A DNA stretch of 64,000 nt from Phaeosaccion multiseriatum (lineage: Eukaryota > Protista > Ochrophyta, other classes). The notes under the pieces were generated by a model. That model saw nothing but the letters and a program-made list of their open reading frames with translations. It was not told the DNA's origin and did no database searches. Each line of letters begins with the position of its first letter. The first letter of the stretch is position 1. A program made the translations under genes and the position numbers. Positions 35,729-53,403 of the stretch are shown here, in pieces. The stretch spans positions 682,001-746,000 of the forward strand of contig OZ218958.1 in assembly GCA_965112735.1 (NCBI GenBank). The letters are read 5' to 3'.

Positions 35729-38700
35729 CTGATGGCGAATGAGTCACCCCACGGCCTTCTCGCTGATATTTTGCCTTCCGTCCCTTGTGTTCGCGCCAAA
35801 TAGGTGTCTGTGCTGATGCTCGACAGCGAAGGCATCGGCGGCATTGAGGCCGACAGCCAATACGACGCACGAATCTTCAGTCTGGGGGTACTCTTGTGTA
35901 GGTAAGTGGGGGGGGGGGGGTTGCTTTGACTCTTGACTCTGAGAGAGGGGGAGGTGGAGAGGGAGGGGAGGGAGGGAGCGAGGGAGTCCTTTAATCCCTT
36001 CGAGCCATCGTTTGGATCTTTTCTGTTCTCTTTCGGTGGGGGCAATGCACGCACCCACTCACATCCCCCCCTTTGCTGCTTCTGCCTGGCCACTATCTTT
36101 GCTTTACTCTGTCTCCCTTGTCCCTCTCCCCTTTCCTCCCTCTCTCCTCCCTCTGACCCCTTCCCCGTCTTGTTCTCCCTTCCTCTTGCTCCCCCCCCTC
36201 TCTCTGTCTCTCTTCTCAGTACCCTGGTGTACAACAGCCTGGGCAGCATCGACGAGACGGCCATCAGCAGCCTCTCCTTCGTGGCCAATCTCACTAAGCA
36301 CATTCGCATCACGGCAGACCAGTCGCCAGATGTAAGTCAGTAACTTATTAGTCATCACCCCTGACTTGACAGGGGCTATGACCGAGAGAGAGGGAGAGAG
36401 ATAGACGGAGAAAAGAGAAGGAGAGAGAGAAGGGGGGAGAGGCAGACAGAAGGGATGACAGCGAGAGAGAAGAGAGAGAAGGAGGGAGAGAGACATGACA
36501 GAGAGAAGGAGAGGGACAGCGGCTAACCCTCTCCATCCGCTCGCCCCGCCTACCCACCCTCTTCCTCCCCTCCCCCCGTCCACTGCCATTCCCCCCCCCC
36601 TCCCCCCCCCCTCAAGGCGGCGAGCAAAGAGGCTGCGGACTTCCATCAGTTCTTCCCGAGCTTTACATGGGTCGTGCGAGATTTCGCTCTGGTGCGTTGA
36701 GAGATGGCAGTGGAAGGGGAAGGGGAAGGGGGGGATGGCAGTGGACAGTGGACGGGGGATGGAGATGATGGCAGTGGACAGTGGACGGGGGGGGGGCGAA
36801 TGCTGCGGTCGAGTTGACGTGTGCTTGCGTCATCACTTGTCTCGACTTGTAGTCGCTCTCCTTTCTAATGTTGGGTATCCGCCTCTGCGATGTTCATGCA
36901 TGTGTCATTCGAAACCGACGCGTCTCGTCTTTTCCTCCTCCTCCTGCTCCCCCTCCCTCTCCCCCTCCTGCTGCTGGTGCATCCCGACTCGGAGTGCAGG
37001 AGCTCGTTGATGACGACGACGAGCCCATCACATCGTCAGGTATGTGGGCATAGGGCACTGGGTATGAAGAGCATACATCATATGATTGACTCATGTGCAT
37101 TGCGATATCTCTCGCCGCCTCTCTCTTCTCTCTCTCTCCCTCCCTCTCTCTTTCCCGCCCCCCTCTCTCTCCTCTCTCTCTCTCCCCCCCCCCCCTCTCT
37201 CCCTCTCTCTCTCTCTCTCCCTCTCCCTATCTCTCTCCCTCTCTCTCTCTCTCTCCCCCACCCTCTCTCGCCATCCCTCCAACACCAACCCCACCAACAG
37301 AGTATCTGGAGCGCTCCCTCGCCCCCCAGCCTGGCTTCGACAAACCCACCCGCGAGAGGAACCGCACCCGCCAGATGCTCACCGCCTTCTTCTCGCAGAG
37401 GGGTTGTGTAACGCTCGTTAGGCCCCTGCTCGATGAGTCGCAGCTGCAGCAGGTAGGTGGAGGGGGCAGTCCATTCATTGCCTTACGCATCTACCCTACC
37501 GACCCATCCATCCGTCCACCCACTCACCCACCCTCCACCGCCATCTGTGACCCCCCCCCCCCCCCCTCCGCCCCTCTTCCCAGGTGGATAACCTCCCTAT
37601 CGAGAGCCTTCGACCCGAGTTCACAGAGGCCCTTGATGAGCTCAAGGACGAGCTCTTCACCAACTTGAGGCCCAAGACGCTGGAGGGTAGGACCATCAAT
37701 GGCGCCATGTATGCGGGTTTGGTGGAGGCGTTTGTGGCGGCCATTAACGAGGATGGAGTGCCGACGATTAGCACGGCGTGGGACGGGGTGTCTCTACAAG
37801 AGTGCAAGGTCAGTGCTTGGGTGAGGGAGGGAGGGAGGGAGGGAGGGAGGTGAGGGGTTGAAGGGAGGAGGAGGAGAAGGCGGAGTTGAAAGAGAAGAGG
37901 AGTGAATGCAGTATTCAACCCCAAGCCTTAACTTGTACTACGAAGTACAAGCATTCATCTCCTTCTCGTCCTCCTCCTCCCCCTCCTCTCCCTCCTCCTC
38001 CGCCTCTCATCCTTCCTCTCTCTCCCCCATCTGCGATATCACCAACTGCTGCCCCACACGCAGGATGCCGCGGAGGGCGCTTTGTCTGACTACACGGAGG
38101 CTCTCTCGCAGCTCTGCGGCGCCTCACAGGAGAAGCTCCCTGTGGATGACCAACTCCTCAACAAGGCAAGTGTGAGCTCAAGCCCTGGAGGGTCTCGGCT
38201 TCGGTATCGAAGCGATCGATACTGAATTGACCGAGGTCATATCCCTCTCTCCTTCACTCACGCACGCACTCACTACCTTACTCACTTCCCCGCTCCCCCA
38301 TACCCCGCTCACTCAGACACATGCCAGCGCTTCAAGGGCGGCGCTGACTCTGTACAGCGTCAGGGCAGTGGGCGAAGGCACCGTACGCCACAAGGAAGAG
38401 CTCACACACAACATAGAGAAGGCGTACAGCACGTGAGTCAGTCTGTCAGTCAGTCAGTAAGGGTGTGGTTTGTTGGCTCTTACGTAACGATCCGTACCGT
38501 TACATAACTACCCCTTACGATCCATGCCCACGCAGGGCTCGAACCGCGAACATGGAGAGCTCCATCACGTTCTGCGAATCGTGTCTACGAAAGCAGTTTC
38601 AGGTACGTTATCTTAGAGGAGAGAGAGAGGGGGAGAGGTGTGAGGAGTGGTTTAGTTTTAGTTTCAGCTTGCCCGCCTGCTTTCCTGGCGTTGTCGCTCA

Positions 38701-41061
38701 CTCCCTCCCTCTCTCTCTCCTCTCTCTCTCTCTTTCTCTATCACTCTCTCCCTCTCTCTCTATCACTCTCGCTTCCTCCCTCGCTCGGCAGGCAACGATG
38801 TACGACAAGCTCCATGGAGCGGAGGACCAATCCAAGGGGCTTTATGATAAGCTCCCTCAGGTGAGGGAGAGAGAGTGAGGGAGAGAGAGCGAGGGAGAGA
38901 GAGAGGTGCTCTTACGCTCATGTCCCCCCCAAACTGAAACTGAAACTATTGACTGTTACTTGTGCTTGGTGTCAGGTGGAGGCGGACTGGGCTACGGTGA
39001 GGGCCAATTACGAGAAGGAGGCGAGGGGCCCTGCCAAGGCGCAGGTGAGAGGCGAGGGATCAAGTGGTCAAGTTGAGGTCAAGGGGAGAAGCATATCTAG
39101 AAGGGCAAGGAGAAAGGACAAGTGAGAACTCTGTGATCAGGTCTACATGTATTTAATACTGAAACTGAACCCGAGTATGTCCATGGAAATGGCAACGACG
39201 CTGGGCAGGTGCTGGCGGACTTCGCCGAGGAGAAGTGGTCGGAGGCAGCGAGAGTATTGCTCACAAGGCACGCCGCTGCATCCGAGGAGAAGATCAATGG
39301 ACAGGAACTGAAGGTTAGGGGGGGGGGGGAGGGCCACTCATTCGCTCGCTCACTCATTCACTCACTCACTTCTCACCCACACTCACTCACCTACTCACTG
39401 TACTCACTCACTGTACTCACTCACTTACTGACCCACACCCACTCCCTGACTCGCCCACTCACTCACTCACTCACTCACTCGCTTACTCACTCACTCAATC
39501 ACTCACTCACTCACTCACTCAATCACTCACTCACTCACTTACTCACTCACTCACTCCCATGTGCTCCGCAGATGGCCGAGCTGCGGCGGTCTTTCTCCGT
39601 CCTTGAGGAGGAAGCAGGGGCCCTCAAGAAAGTGGCCAGCAGGACGCAGCAGGACAACGAGGGGCTGCTGTCTACCAAGGTGAGTGAGCCGTCCGAGAGA
39701 GGCAGGAAGATAAGAAGAGAGGGAGGATAGGGAAGAGAGGGAGAGAGGGAGCGGGGGGGCTACTCACTACCCAAGGCGAGTCGGTGGGGACAATTGCCCC
39801 TTGCCCACGGAATATTTGCCGCTTGCACGCGGAATGGCGCATTGGGCGAGAGGGAACAAGGGCAAGAGGAGGAGTGTGTGACGTCATGTGTTGTGTCACT
39901 TTATCATCACGACATTCACGAAGTCAGTACGTGTGCCGCCGGGAAGGACGGGGAGAGGGACGCTCCTCTTTTGCCGCTGTAGTTCGTCCTGTCCTCCTGT
40001 CCTTCTCACCTCTAGTGCCGTTATGGCGTGGGTCTTTCTTCTCTTCTCTCTTCCCCTCTTGTTCGCCTCTTTTCCGTTGATTCGATATGGTTCTGCATCA
40101 TCACAGGCCACGCTCGAGAGCCGAACAGGCCAGCAGGAAGAGAGGTGAGTGAATGAGTGCGTGAGTGAGTGAGTGAGTGACTGAGTGAGTGAATGAGTGC
40201 GTGAGTGAGTGAGTGAGTGAGTGAGTGCGTGAGTGCGTGAGTATGGTATGTGTGTGTTTGTTTGTTGATGGGTAAGTCTTACAACTCAACTTGCGCTGTC
40301 CTCCCTCTCTACAGACTGGCCAAGGCAACGGAGGAGCTACAGAGCCTGCGTACGTCACTGGACGAGGTGGAGGCGTCTCTCATGGCCGCACAGAGCGAGC
40401 TCGGCACGGAGAAGGAGAGCAAGGCCGTGCTCCTCACACAGCTTGACAATCTAGCCCCAGATCTACAGGTATGTAAGATTACGTATCGATTGTAGGGAGG
40501 AGGACACAGTGTATGGCGGTGGATGGCAGTGATGGAATGAGTGCCTCAAGTAGATGGCAGTGGATGGAGGAGAAGGAGGAGGAGGAAGAGGAGGGGGGAT
40601 GACGTTGGTCGTGGTTCCAAAACCCTTTTCACTCTCTCTGAAGGCAAGGCCGGCTTGCAAGAAGAGCATTCGTCCTTCCTCCCTCACTCGCAAACACAAC
40701 CCCCCGTCTTTCATCCGTACGCCTGACGTACCCACGCACCCACGCACCCACGCACCGGCTACAATGCACGACGCGCCCCTTCCTCCGTTCTCGCTCCTCC
40801 CTCGCTCTCTCTCTCTCACCCCTCTCTCCCCACCTCTCTATCACTCCCTCCGTCTCTCCTCATCCCTCTATCTCTCTCTCTCTCTTTCTCCTCTCTCTCT
40901 GTCTCTCTCAGGCCTTGAGGGCGCAGCTCGGAAAGGAGAAGCAAGCTCGAGTGGCTGCTGAAGCTCGGGCACTCAAGGCCGAAGCGGAGGTCCAGCAACT
41001 GGAGAGGGACAAGGACGGTTTCGCGCTGGGGGATGCAGGGGGCTGCTGCACTCCAATGTAG
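34701..41061 (+). CDS. Guanylate-binding protein (GBP/atlastin-family large GTPase) with C-terminal coiled coil and CaaX-like end
   Basis: VAVIAICGLYRTGKSSLLN (G1), CTRGLWIW (G2), MLDSEG (G3), VYNSLGSIDE, FPSFTWVVRDF (G4), CVTLVRP, LRPEF, INGAM and AINEDGVPTISTAW. The last exon ends DAGGCCTPM-TAG (41059-41061). Confidence 0.92.
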
Positions 41062-42075
41062 ACGGTCTCTCTCTCTCTCTCTCTCTGTCTGTCTGTCTGT
41101 CTCTAGCCTCCTTTCACACAGCATGTATGAGTGAGAGTGGCAGTATTATATATTTAGACAGCCGGTGTGCAGGAGAAGTGACACGCACACACGCACACAC
41201 ATGCACGGCTCTGGTGGTCGGGGTTCAGTTTGGATTCCGTTCGATTCGGTTCGGTTCGCTCATAGAGGCATACCGGCAAGCGCAGCGTTTGCGTTGGGAG
41301 CTTTGGAGCCGCGCGGGTACTTGTAAGTGCTGCAAAAGCCGCAGGAGGGGGGAGGGATGCCGTGCAACGCAACCGCTATCGATGTGTGTGGGGGTGTCGG
41401 GTGTGGGGTGTGCATCAGAGGCGAGGCGACGTATTCACTTGGGAGAGGAGCATGAGCGCAAATGACAACAGCGAACTCGATCCATCGATTTATTATATCG
41501 ATCGAAATTATTATTTATGGTATGGGTGTGCCCCCCTTCGTCGGCATGCCACACAGCTCTGCCTCCCCAGGGATAGCCTGTTTTTTGTTGTTGGCTTTGC
41601 TTTGCTTTCACACCTACTTTTCCGCTCCGCCGAGGGCCCTTCAGTCTCTCAGTCTCCTCAGAGCTTCGACAGAACTGCCAATCCATCCTCATCTACGCGA
41701 TCCATCACGGTTGCCGTATTGGCCCCCCGGCGGCCAGCTGAAGCAAGCGATGTGGTGATATGAATCACAAATGGTTCCTTCTTGGAAAGGTACGGAGGCG
41801 ATTAGCAGTGGCGCTTCAGAGAGCTCGGCACGAACGCTCGATTCGACACAGGGTTCTGGCTGGTATCAACTTTGTCCCGATGGGGAGGACTGACGAGTCG
41901 GAGGGATACGACCTCGGGGACTGGAGTCCCCAGTTCCCAGGGGGCGCGTGAAACCTTCCTCCTTTCCTTCTTACTCCAGTTGTTGTTCCTTTGTTTTGCC
42001 TTCTTCACGCCTTTCCCCTGGCCAATAGAAGTGTAGTATTAACATGTATGCCAGCAAAAGGCCACCGAAAATTAT

Positions 42076-46619
<4,544 letters not shown>

Positions 46620-47016
46620 TTTGAGCTACTATACCTGGCCTACACCCCCTGCGTCTACTGCGGGATGGTGTGGCAGGAGCACCAGCAGCACCTCGGCCTG
46701 GCGATGCCTTTCTCTGTATCTCGGGTTTTCACTGAAAATTGGAGTTTGAGCTGGGAGTTGACTTGAGACCCACCGGGGTAGGCCGCTCCATCTTACCACA
46801 CACCGACTTTGGGAAAAAGGAGGAGAAGGACAGGACCGAGCTTATACAGGACACCAGAGGAAAGGAGCAACTGGGAGAAAGGCTGCTGCGGCCAAGAAGA
46901 AGGGGAGAGGCGGGCAGGGGAAAGTCCACGAAGCAGGAGGGAAGAAACTCTGTGGAGTACGTAGGGAAGGAGACCGTGGAAGGGGCCCTGTCTCAGGGTC
47001 AAGGAGAGGAAGTCTA

Positions 47017-50000
47017 ATGGCGTCTTCGAAGAAGGCGGCCGGGGCGACGGCGGGGGAAGAGCCACTCAGTGAGGGCGAGGTGTTCGACTTGGTGTTGGAC
47101 TACTTGAACACGAAGGGCTATGAAGAGACGGAGAGCATGCTGCGGCGAGAGCACCGCGCCACTCCGCCCCGTCAAGGCAACCAGGCATCAGGTCAGTGCC
47201 GTAAAGACCCGTCCCATCTTCACTCTGTCTCCGGGGCCCGGCTGGGGTGCATGGTTGTCCAGAGACGTGTGTGATAGCCCGCACACACCTGCTCCGTGTG
47301 TATAGAATGTTTGGCGATTGAAAGAACCACAGGAAGTTTCCATAGAGGAGACTATGGTCATAAAGCTCGCTTACACGCGCTGGCTTGAATGCGATACTGC
47401 ATCGTGAGGTGGTGTGTATGCCCTGGGGTTGCTGCTGCCCCTCCACTCACTGCTTCATCGTCCGTCTCCTCTCACGTGCCCCAACACCACTCCTCCCCTT
47501 CCCCACTTGCTACCTTGGACCTCCCCCTCCTCTGCACGCACGCAGGCTCTCAACTCGAGAACATGCTCGAGAAGTCGCATGTGGCCGCCATCTTCGGAGG
47601 AGGGGATAGGAAGCGCGTCAAGAGGAGCCACCTCGATGCCAAGCTTGCGGACGACACGTGAGTGGTGGATTGACTTGCCGTGATGACTTGCGTACACGCA
47701 GTGCCAACCAATGCAGAGGACAGAAGACTGGCTGTCGCACGGATGGGCACAATGTATCTGCCCACGGGGCGGAGCAGGAGGTTCTCATACAGATGAGACA
47801 GGATGTTCAGGATGTTCATTAGAAACACCCCTGCCTGCGCTCACTCGCGCACGCCCTCGACCGCTTGGTTGTGAGGCTTGCTTCTGTGAGGGGGAGGCGC
47901 TGAAACGCCCCGACTTGACCAGTCGAGTCTTGATGTATATTGCAGGAGCAGAAAGGGACTAGGTCGACACTCGGCCCTCGTATGTTTATATTTGGAGAGA
48001 GAGAGAGAGAGAGAGAGACGGCCAGGCCCTCGATACCCTCTTTTCTCCCCCCTCCCCCCAACTTCTGCCTACCTGCCTGCCTGCCTGCCTGCCTGCCTCC
48101 GACTGACTCTCCCCTGCCCCCCTCCCCTCTGGCCTCCCCTCTTCTCTCGCTGCCCTCCACCCGTCCCTGACCCCATCCCAACCCCACACCCACCCCTAGC
48201 AGCAAGGACCGATCCGCAGTAGAGGCGGCCAAATCCCTTGCCAACCAGCCGCAGTCCATGGCCACTCAAATCGCGTCCTACAACCCCTGCAAGAAGGACC
48301 CGTACGGAGCCTCAAGCATGCCCATCTACCAAGTGTCCACCTTTGCACAACCCTCCGCCACGACTTTCGGGGAGTTTGACTACTCTCGAAGCGGAAACCC
48401 TACCCGAGAGGCCATTGAAAAGCAAGTGGCCGAGCTGGAGGGAGGGCACCGCGCCTTTGCCTTCACCAGCGGTATGGCTGCCCTTAGTGCGGTGACCCGT
48501 CTGGTGCGCTCCGGTCAGGAGATTGTCCTGAATGACGACTCTTACGGAGGCACTTACCGCCTCCTCTCCAAGGTCGCCGCCAGGAACAACATACAGGTGT
48601 GTGTTTGTGTGCGTGGGCGTGTGCGTGGGCGTGTGCGTGGGTGCGTTGTGTGTGTGTGTGTGGGTTTGTGCGTATGCGTGTGTGTGTGTAGTGTGTGGGT
48701 GTGGGAGAGGGTAGGTGTAGGTGAGGTGCCCAGAGAAGTTGGGGGTCTCTGAAGTGTTCCAACGTCGTCCTGACGTGGCTTTGGCGTGCCACCTCCCTCC
48801 CTGTCCTCCTCCTTCTCCGTCTCCCCCCTTTTCTCCTCCCCCCCCTCCTTTTCCTCCTTCTCAGATTCGCTACGTGGATATGACTGGCGATGCCGGCCCC
48901 GCTAACCTTCAGGCCGTGATGAGCGAGAACACCGCCCTGGTCATGCTGGAGAGCCCCACCAACCCCATGGGGAGGGTCATCAACATCGCAGAGGTGTGCA
49001 GGGTGGCCCACAGCAAGGGCGCCATCGTGGAGGTGGACAGGTAAGGGGAAGGGGATGAGAGAGAGAGAGAGAGAGAGGAGGGTACCCCCGAGTATCGTTG
49101 CGGCACAGGTTTAGAAAGAGGGAGAATTTTTTCGCTCTTCCTGCTTTTGTGGCAGAACCACCCTCTTTTTTGTTTCCCCCCTCCCCCGTCCCCCGTCCCT
49201 CACTGAATAAGTGCCCCCGCCCGCCCACACCTCGCCCATCCACTGCCATCTCATCCCCTCCCCACAGCACCATGATGTCCCCCGTGCTCCAGAAGCCCAT
49301 CGACCTCGGGGCGGACCTCATTGTTCACAGCGCCACCAAATTCATCAGCGGACACGCCGACTGCATGGCGGGTATTGTCGTGTGCAAGACGCACGAGCTG
49401 AGCCAGGAAGTGTACTTTTATCAAAACGCAGAGGGCACCGGGTTGAGTCCTTTTGACAGCTGGCTGCTCCTGCGTGGCATAAAGACGATGCATCTTCGCG
49501 TGGAGAAGCAGCAGGCGAATGCCATGCTTGTGGCACGCTTCCTCGCGGCCCACCCAAGCGTGACGGAGGTGATGTACACGGGGCTCGAAAGCTGCCCGGG
49601 GCACGACATGCACAAGAAGCAGGCCAAGGGATCGGGCAGCGTCCTGTGCTTCAGAACGGGCAACCTTGCCTTCTCGCAGCACGTGGTGACGGTGACCAAG
49701 CTGTTTAAGATTACCGTGAGCTTTGGAAGTGTCAACAGCCTCATCTCTCTACCGGGCGCCATGTCGCACGCCTCCATCCCCGCGGAGGTACGCAAGGCAA
49801 GGGCGTTCCCTGAGGATCTGATTCGCCTCAGCATTGGCATTGAGAGTTCGGATGACCTCATCGCTGATTTGGGTTCGGCGTTCCAGAGCTTTGAGAGTCC
49901 TCCTCCTTCGGCGGCGGACACGGCCGCTGCAGGCAAGGGTGGCGGCAAGGGAAAGGGAAAGGCCAAGGCAGCAGCCGCAGCGGCCGCAGCAGGGGCGGCG

Positions 50001-50048
50001 GAGGCGAGGAAGGAGGCAGCGGGAGCGAGTGTTGATAAACCGGAGTAG
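47017..50048 (+). CDS. metC: Cystathionine beta-lyase (Cys/Met metabolism PLP family) with an N-terminal LisH-like motif (exons 47017-47191, 47546-47657, 48200-48596, 48865-49040, 49268-50048)
   Basis: DPYGASSMPIYQVSTF, FDYSRSGNPTR, FTSGMAA, YGGTYRL, LESPTNP, HSATKF (PLP Lys), GLSPFDSWLLLRGIKT, VSFGSVNSLISLP and IRLSIGIE. Upstream exons join in frame (phases 1 and 2). Beta-lyase rather than gamma-lyase is inferred from resemblance to plant CBL/yeast Str3 motifs. Confidence 0.88.
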
Positions 50049-51137
50049 AGCGAATAGGCGAATAGAGGAGGGGCAAGGGGTGATGATGGCGAGAGGGCGA
50101 TGGAAGGTCGACTGGCGACGGGAAAGGAAAATCGGGGGGGGGGGTTAGAGTTAGTACTATCGATGGGCCTTCTCACTTCAGCCGCGTGTGGATAGACAAT
50201 TGGAAAAATCATGCGGACGGACCTGCGACCGCGCGAGAGGGGAGATTGGTCCTCCCCATTGTGTGGGTGGACAGACAAGCGGGCAGGGCAAGAGGGGCAG
50301 TGTAAACGTGTAAATAGCCACGCGCGTCGCCCCCCCGCCCTTACATACAGAGATTGATGGGACTGGACTCCCTCCACCTGGAGGAGGAGGAGGGGGAGGA
50401 GGGCTCTCGCAGCCAGCGCCTCTCCTCGGCGATGGGAGGGAAGGGAAGGGGCGGACGGCGGAGATGCTGAGTGCCCGAGGGGTGGAGTGGTGGACACTTT
50501 CACCTACCACGATAGCTGAGGGAATGAGGATGGAAGGCTGGAGTGAATGGAGGACCTCACTTGTCACCTTCCATCTTCGGAGGGCAGAGGGGAAAGATTC
50601 GAGAGTCAAACTCAGCCTGTGCCTCTTCTGCCACGGAATGTGAAGAGCGTGACGTCTGCTGCCGGGATCAGGTTATGGCTGGTTGCTTCGGTTTGTTTTG
50701 GTTTGGTTTGGTTTGGTTTGTGTGTGTTTATTAGATAAAAAAAGGGGAAGAATGGGGGACGGTTTACCCGGGTTGGGTGGGGAAGGGTGGGAGGGGAGAG
50801 AAGAAGCTCGACTGAATCAGAGGGTCCTCGTTGGTGCTTTGTTCGATAAACGAACTCTCAGGCTGTGCTCCAGCTGGTACATAAAAGGAGGGTGGGCAAA
50901 AAAAGCAGATAAAAAAGCAAATATATTTTCATGTATCGTATTGGAAAGAGCAAAAGAAGTTATCCTGTGGTAAAAGAAAAGGTACGGGGGCCAATGATGG
51001 TGGATGATAGAAGATGAAAAATTGAAATTTCTGTAACGTCTTGATTTCTCTTCCCCATCTCTCACGGGAACCTCCTGCCTAGGAGGAAATTGCGAGCTGC
51101 CGCAGCCGCGAGCGATACGGGAGCTGCAGAAGTGGCG

Positions 51138-52480
51138 ATGGCGGCGTCGGTGTCCGTCTTGTCCAATGGGCAGGGCTCTTCGACTGTTCTGGATTCAGTC
51201 TCAGGAGGAGCGGGTGGTGGCAGCGGAACCATCGCTGGGGACAAAGGCGGGGGCGCTGTGGGCACGTACAAAAGGAGAAAGTTTGTACCCGTAGCAATGA
51301 TGAAAAGCAAAGGTGGCGGCGGCTCACCAGGAGTAGCGGCGGTAGTGAGCAGAACAAAGCTTCACAAGAACGTGGGCCTAGAGGTGTTGCACACGGTAAG
51401 GGAGGATAGTATGGAAGCCAGAGAGCATGGCATTGGGGCGAGGACCCTTTCGGTGCGACGGAGGCGCCAATTGTGGATCCCCGCGCAGCCAAGTCAAAAG
51501 TGTTCGCACGGAGGAAAGCCAGGACTCCGCATGCTATGTTTCTCTTCGTCTTTGTTATCTTACCTTCTCCCCGCCCCCCCCCCCCCCTTCTCTCCCTCCT
51601 TTAAAAGGTGCTGGAATCAGACACTGAAGCCGTGGAAGTGATGAAGCGCCAAGTGGTAAACTCGCAGGAGAATGAGGTGAAGACCTCTCACGAGCAACTT
51701 ACCATCCTCAAAAAGGCATACAATAAGCTCGTGGTGCAGGCCAATATGCTCCACAGAGAGAATGAGGTGCGTGAGGCGTAGACGTGTGCTGTGTGCTGTG
51801 TGCTGTGAAAGGAAAGGCTTAGTCGCGCTCCTCTAAGAGCCTCGCGTTGGCCCTGAGAGCAGGGGAGGGGAGATGTATGAGACAGAGAAACTTGCTCTTA
51901 CATAGCCATGTGGGTACCTACGTCCTTGCTTACTTAATTTCCCCCCTCCTCTCGCCTCTCCCGCTCGCTCCCTCCCTCCCTCCTTCCCTCCCTGTGATCA
52001 GGTGCTTGAGCAAGAAGTAGACGAAGTGAAGAAGACGCTCACCAGCTACGAAAAGGGCACGGAGCCCGAGAACCGCCTGAGGAAGCTGCATGAAAACCTC
52101 GACAAGTACGACACTCTGGTGCGAGAGAACGGCATTGCCAAAGAGAGAATGATTTTCATGACGAAGCGGCTCAACAAGGATGTGTTGGAGACCAAAAAGG
52201 AGGCTCGGCTGCTGCAGGCACAGCTGCACAGCACGTTCAACGAGCTCAGCAGCTGCGAGTCCCAGTACCAGCAGTCCAAGCAGGAGCTCAAGAGCGAGGA
52301 GGACAAGTTGCTCCGACTGAGGGCCAAGGTGGAGGGCCGAAGGGTCCTACAAGACGAGAGTCTTACAGGCTTGGGTCGCATCATGGAGGAACGCTCCGTG
52401 CAGATGGCGCGCAAGGGGGATCGCACTAAGCGAATGAACGATGCCATCTCCAGGAATACGGGAGAAATGCAAGCAGGTAG

Positions 52481-52539
<59 letters not shown>

Positions 52540-53275
52540 GGTGGGTGTATGTGTGTATGCCTGGTGGCAGGGAGGGAATCGCTGCTTGTCTTCGCTTTTG
52601 GCTAATCCTTTGAGAGTCCTTTGCACTCCCGGCCTTCTCCCTCCTCGTCTAACCCATCCAATCACACCACATCACATCACATCCGTGTGCGCGTGTCTGT
52701 GTGCGTGCGTATGCTTCCGTACCTCCGTCTGTGGCACTCTCTCTCTCTCTCAAGACGAGGAGGGTAAGCTTGCGTGCATGTGCGTGGTGAGGAATGTTTA
52801 TAGCTCCATGCTGCAGAAGAAGGTGGAGGAGGAGCAGGCTCATTTGAACAGGTGAGTGAGTAAGTGAGTGAGTGAGTGAGTGAGTGAGTGAGTGAGTGAG
52901 TGAGTGAGTGAGTGAGTGAGTGAGTGAGTGAGTGAGTGAGTGAGTGAGTGAGTGAGTAAGTGAGTGAGTGAGTGAGTGAGTGAGTGAGTGAGTGAGTGAG
53001 TGAGTGAGTGAGTGAGTGAGTGAGTGAGTGAGTGAGTGAGTGAGTGAGTGAGTGAGTGAGTGAGTGAGTGAGTGAGTGAGTGAGTGAGTGAGTGAGTGAG
53101 TGAGTGAGTGAGTGAGTGAGTGAGTGAGTGAGTGAGTGAGTGAGTGAGTGAGTGGGCTAGCCATAGGGGGGAGCGAAGAGGGGGATAAGGAGGAGGCAGG
53201 TGGTCTGAGTTTCCCTTTGCAGAGAGAGAAGTGGGAGCAAACGAACATCCACCCACACGTGCTCACCCAGACTCC

Positions 53276-53306
<31 letters not shown>

Positions 53307-53336
53307 GCACGCACACGCTTGTGCGCGCGCACACAC

Positions 53337-53403
<67 letters not shown>

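Noticed and set aside
41266-41951. Extra 3' exons for GBP
   Set aside because: The donor at ~41018 (GTTTCG) is weak, and read-through gives a clean stop after a CaaX-like motif.
50528-50577. Hairpin GATGGAAGG...CCTTCCATC downstream of the CBL gene, as a riboswitch or miRNA
   Set aside because: Short stem with no recognisable aptamer motifs; compatible with chance.
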